From Polyangiales bacterium (lineage in GTDB: Bacteria > Myxococcota_A > Polyangia > Polyangiales > JADJQN01), in contig CAXNJO010000004.1 in the NCBI GenBank assembly GCA_964202905.1, forward strand, positions 224,001-288,000: a DNA stretch of 64,000 bases. The letters run 5' to 3'. A program made the translations under genes and the position numbers. Below, piece after piece: positions 60,916 through 64,000 of this stretch. The notes under the pieces were generated by a model. That model made no database searches. It worked only from the letters and a program-made list of their open reading frames with translations, and had not been told where the DNA came from. The stretch's first letter is position 1; each line of letters starts with the position of its first letter.

Positions 60916-61205
60916 CAATCTGCTGCGCCCGCGTCGCGCCCCGGACGCTGCGCCCGTTCACCCGCGCCGACCGGCGACCTCCACGGGCGTCGCGAACGGG
61001 AAACCGCGACACATCGGCACCTGCAGGGCGCCCCCGACATCCCTGACGCGGGAATCAGGGTCACGCCCCTCTGTATGTCGCCCCGATCAGGATTGCGCGG
61101 CGACGCCCGGGCGGTCCTCGCGCGCCCCGTGTGACGCGACGCGCAACCCCTCCGCCTCACGGACGAGCACCGACGCGGCCCCAATCCCCTGCCCTGAGGT
61201 GCTCC

Positions 61206-61598
61206 GTGTCCGACCCGATCTCGCGTCCGCTTGCCGGTTCCAGTCCATCCGCGCCCGCGGCGCTTTCCGCTTCCGGGTCGGCCCGACGGCCCGACCCCTC
61301 ACGCTTCGCGGACGCGCTCCGATCGGTGCGGCAGTCGCACGAGAACGCCCCCCGCGAGTCCGAGGCCCCTGCCATCGGCGAGCTCGCGATCCGGGGCGCG
61401 GTCGCGTCCATCGCGCGGGGCGAGCAACTGGTTCAGGGGGTCGTCCGGGCCGCGCAGCGGGGAGCGACCTTCACGAACGAGCAGCTCATCGCGATCCAGG
61501 CCGGCGTCTACCGTTACACGCAGGAGCTCGAGCTCGCGAGCAAGCTGGTCGACAAGGCGACCGGCGCCGTCCGTCAGACATTGCAAAGCCAGCAATAG
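61206..61598 (+). CDS. Putative type III secretion inner-rod (SctI/YscI/HrpB-like) protein
   Basis: Disordered N-terminus; C-terminal FTNEQLIAIQAGVYRYTQELELASKLVDKATGAVRQTLQSQQ resembles the inner-rod C-terminal helix. Confidence 0.65.
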   Translation: MSDPISRPLAGSSPSAPAALSASGSARRPDPSRFADALRSVRQSHENAPRESEAPAIGELAIRGAVASIARGEQLVQGVVRAAQRGATFTNEQLIAIQAGVYRYTQELELASKLVDKATGAVRQTLQSQQ

Positions 61599-61801
61599 AC
61601 TCCGCTGCCCCCGCGGCGCGCACCGCGGCGGCGTGCACCCCGCCAAGGCCCGCATCGGGGGCTCGGCCTCGACACCCGGCTGACCCCGCCCTCTCGGCCA
61701 CTACGCGCGCAGGCCTGGGGCGTTCGCCCGCTGCTAGGCTCCCACGTCTGCTGAGCGCCTCACGCCACCGCCGCACGCCTCGCACCGCACCGCACCACGC
61801 G

Positions 61802-62620
61802 TTGCGCGTCGCCGTGTACGTCCTCGGCCTCGCCGCTGCGGCCTCCGCGTCGTCCGGTGGCCCGTCGCGACTGAACGACTCGCCACCCCGGAACGCTGCG
61901 GGCGGCGCGCTCGCACATCTCCTCGGCCCCGCCCGTGTCCACGCGCAGGCGGCCGATCCCGCCGGCCGCAGCGACCGCGCGCGACGTCTGCGCCTGCTCG
62001 GGGAGTCCTGGGCGCGCAGCGGCGATCCCGGCAGTGCCATCGGCTATCTGCGTGAGGCCCTCGCCATCGACCCGGGCGACGCGCGTGCGTTCGAGAGCCT
62101 CGCGCGTCTCTACCTCGCACGCGGCGCGCTGCGCGACGCCGCGGACACCGTGCGCGCCGGGCTCGAGCGGCGCCCCGACGACGCTGCGCTCTGGGCAGTG
62201 CAGGCCGAGGTGCTCGACGCGTTCGGGGACGCCGACGGCGTCACGGTCGCGCTGCGGGAGCGCCTCGCGCGCGCCCCCGACGACCCTGACGCCCTCGCCG
62301 CGCACGCCGCGCAGGCCGGCCGACGCGGCGCGTGGGCGGAGGCGCTCGCGAGCCATCGCCGCCTCCTCGATCTCGCCGCGCGGGGCGTCGATGTCGGCAG
62401 CGGACGTGCCGAAGCCTCGCGTGCGCTCGCAGCCGCGCTCGTCGTGCTCGCCGGGGGGACGGATCCCGTGCGCGGAGGTGCCCCGCGCTGCCCCGCCGAC
62501 TCCCCGGTGCGAAGCGCCCTCGCCGAGTGCCCGCCCCCGCCCGAGCGCCCGCCAGCCGCGACCCCGACCGCGCCGCCCACCGCGCCGCCCGCGCCCGTCC
62601 GCTCCCCGCGACGCCGCTGA
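61802..62620 (+). CDS. TPR-repeat protein
   Basis: LGESWARSGDPGSAIGYLREALAIDPGDARAFESLARLY..; start uncertain. Confidence 0.7.
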   Translation: MRVAVYVLGLAAAASASSGGPSRLNDSPPRNAAGGALAHLLGPARVHAQAADPAGRSDRARRLRLLGESWARSGDPGSAIGYLREALAIDPGDARAFESLARLYLARGALRDAADTVRAGLERRPDDAALWAVQAEVLDAFGDADGVTVALRERLARAPDDPDALAAHAAQAGRRGAWAEALASHRRLLDLAARGVDVGSGRAEASRALAAALVVLAGGTDPVRGGAPRCPADSPVRSALAECPPPPERPPAATPTAPPTAPPAPVRSPRRR

Positions 62621-62712
62621 GCGCGTCCCGCCGCACCTGCTGCGTCGCCGTGGATCCCCGCTACACTGCGCGCCGCTACGGCGCCCGCGCGCCCATTTCC
62701 CCGAGGCGCCCC

Positions 62713-64000
62713 GTGCGATTCGCTCCGTTCATCGCCTTCTTCCTGTCCGGCGCGAGCAGCCTGATCTTCCAGTCGATCTGGACCCGCTACCTGCACCACG
62801 TCTTCGGCTCGACCACCATCGCGATGAGCACCGTGCTCAGCGTGTTCATGGCCGGGCTCGGGCTCGGCGCGTGGTTGTTCGGCAAGGTCTCGGCGCGGAT
62901 CAAGCATCCGCTGATGACCTACGCGGCGGCTGAACTTCTCGTCGCCCTCTGCGCTGTCGCGATCCCGTGGCTCGTCGCGCCCGACGGCTGGCTCGGCCAA
63001 TTGAATGGCGCCATGCGCAACGCGTTCGGCGACGGCTCGGCGGCGTTCGCGATCGGGCGCTTCGTGGCCGTCGTCCCGTTGCTGATCGTGCCAACGACCT
63101 TGATGGGCTCGACGCTTCCGCTGCTGTCGCAGCACTTCGTCGAGGCAGAGCAGCGCGCCGGCGCGACCAGCTCGCGGGTCGGCGTGCTCTACGCGGTCAA
63201 CACGTTCGGCGCGGTCGCCGGGACGTTCCTCTCGGGCTTCGTGTTGCTGCCCGGGATCGGGCTCTCCGCGACGAACCTCACCGCCGCGGGCCTCAACTTC
63301 GCCCTCGCCGCGGGGATCTTCGCCCTGCACAAGCCGCTCCTCGGGAGCGCGCTCGCGCCGGGGGAGCACATCAGCATCTTCCCGGGACGCACAGCCGTCG
63401 TGCGCCCTGCGGCCCCCGCCGCGAAGTCCCCCTCTACCGTCGAGGCCGCGCGCATCGACGAGCCCATTTCCCCGATCGCCCGCAAGCTCGCGCTCGTCGC
63501 GTTCGGCGTCTCGGGCGCCGCCGCCCTCTGCTACGAGGTCGTCTGGACACGCGCGCTCGCGCAGACGATCGGCTCCTCGATCTACACGTTCACGATCGTC
63601 CTGATGACGTTCCTCATCGGCATCGCGGGCGGCAGCGCGATGATCTCCGGGCTGCTCGGGACGTCGCGGCGCCCGCTGCTCTCGGTCGGCCTCGTCTCGG
63701 GCGCGCTCTGCCTGCTCGCGAACGCGCCCCTGGGCGTCGGCGCGTCGTTCGACGCGTACGTCGTGGCCGTCGCCGCCACGTGGGCGGTGCTCACCCTCAT
63801 CGCGGCCCTCGCCCGCGCACGCGCCCAAAAGAGCCGCGCTCTCGGCGGCGCCCCGAGCGACGGTGAGACCACCGTGTGGGGTCTCGCGCTCATCGCGGTG
63901 CCGCTGCTGAGCGCGCTCGCGCACCTCCACTACGCGGGGCATCTCTCGGGGATCGTCGCGAGCGTCACCGGCGTCTTCTGCGCCTACCTCGCCGTGTCGC
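62713..64000 (+). CDS. Fused MFS/spermidine synthase-family membrane protein (3'-truncated by the window edge)
   Basis: FFLSGASSLIFQSIWTR..FGSTT..VLSVFMAGLGLGA, LMGSTLPLL, GVLYAVNTFGAVAG, SGAAALCYEVVWTR; absent from the ORF track because there is no stop. Confidence 0.85.
   Translation, partial: MRFAPFIAFFLSGASSLIFQSIWTRYLHHVFGSTTIAMSTVLSVFMAGLGLGAWLFGKVSARIKHPLMTYAAAELLVALCAVAIPWLVAPDGWLGQLNGAMRNAFGDGSAAFAIGRFVAVVPLLIVPTTLMGSTLPLLSQHFVEAEQRAGATSSRVGVLYAVNTFGAVAGTFLSGFVLLPGIGLSATNLTAAGLNFALAAGIFALHKPLLGSALAPGEHISIFPGRTAVVRPAAPAAKSPSTVEAARIDEPISPIARKLALVAFGVSGAAALCYEVVWTRALAQTIGSSIYTFTIVLMTFLIGIAGGSAMISGLLGTSRRPLLSVGLVSGALCLLANAPLGVGASFDAYVVAVAATWAVLTLIAALARARAQKSRALGGAPSDGETTVWGLALIAVPLLSALAHLHYAGHLSGIVASVTGVFCAYLAVS

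Overview
A very GC-rich chromosomal segment whose gene content points to Myxococcota (Polyangia/Sandaracinus-like; inferred, not searched). It carries about 57 CDS. Housekeeping genes include an ispB-like polyprenyl synthase, bamB/yfgM-like genes, lysC, cca, an RluA-family synthase, rpmB, cobA-hemD, hemB, clpS-clpA, aat, moeB, nnr and pdxJ. There are also many Cys-rich or Gly-rich secreted lipoproteins, signalling genes (STAND-like ATPase-TPR, Hanks kinase, PHP phosphatase, ECF and sigma-28-like sigma factors) and a family 1 encapsulin locus. I saw no rRNA, tRNA, CRISPR array, integrase or transposase. The main points of interest are: (1) an encapsulin preceded by a small atypical cargo with two TVGSLR targeting peptides and a degenerate ferritin-like helix, head-to-head with a His-rich CDF metal exporter; (2) a clear 28-bp XerCD dif site at 8200-8227, suggesting the replication terminus; (3) an orphan T3SS inner-rod-like gene behind a FliA/WhiG-type sigma; (4) a histone-H1-like protein fused to a small helical domain; and (5) widespread apparently leaderless promoters. 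The frameshifts in clpA and hemB look like insertion-type sequencing errors. All family calls come from motif recognition by eye, and many start codons are best estimates.
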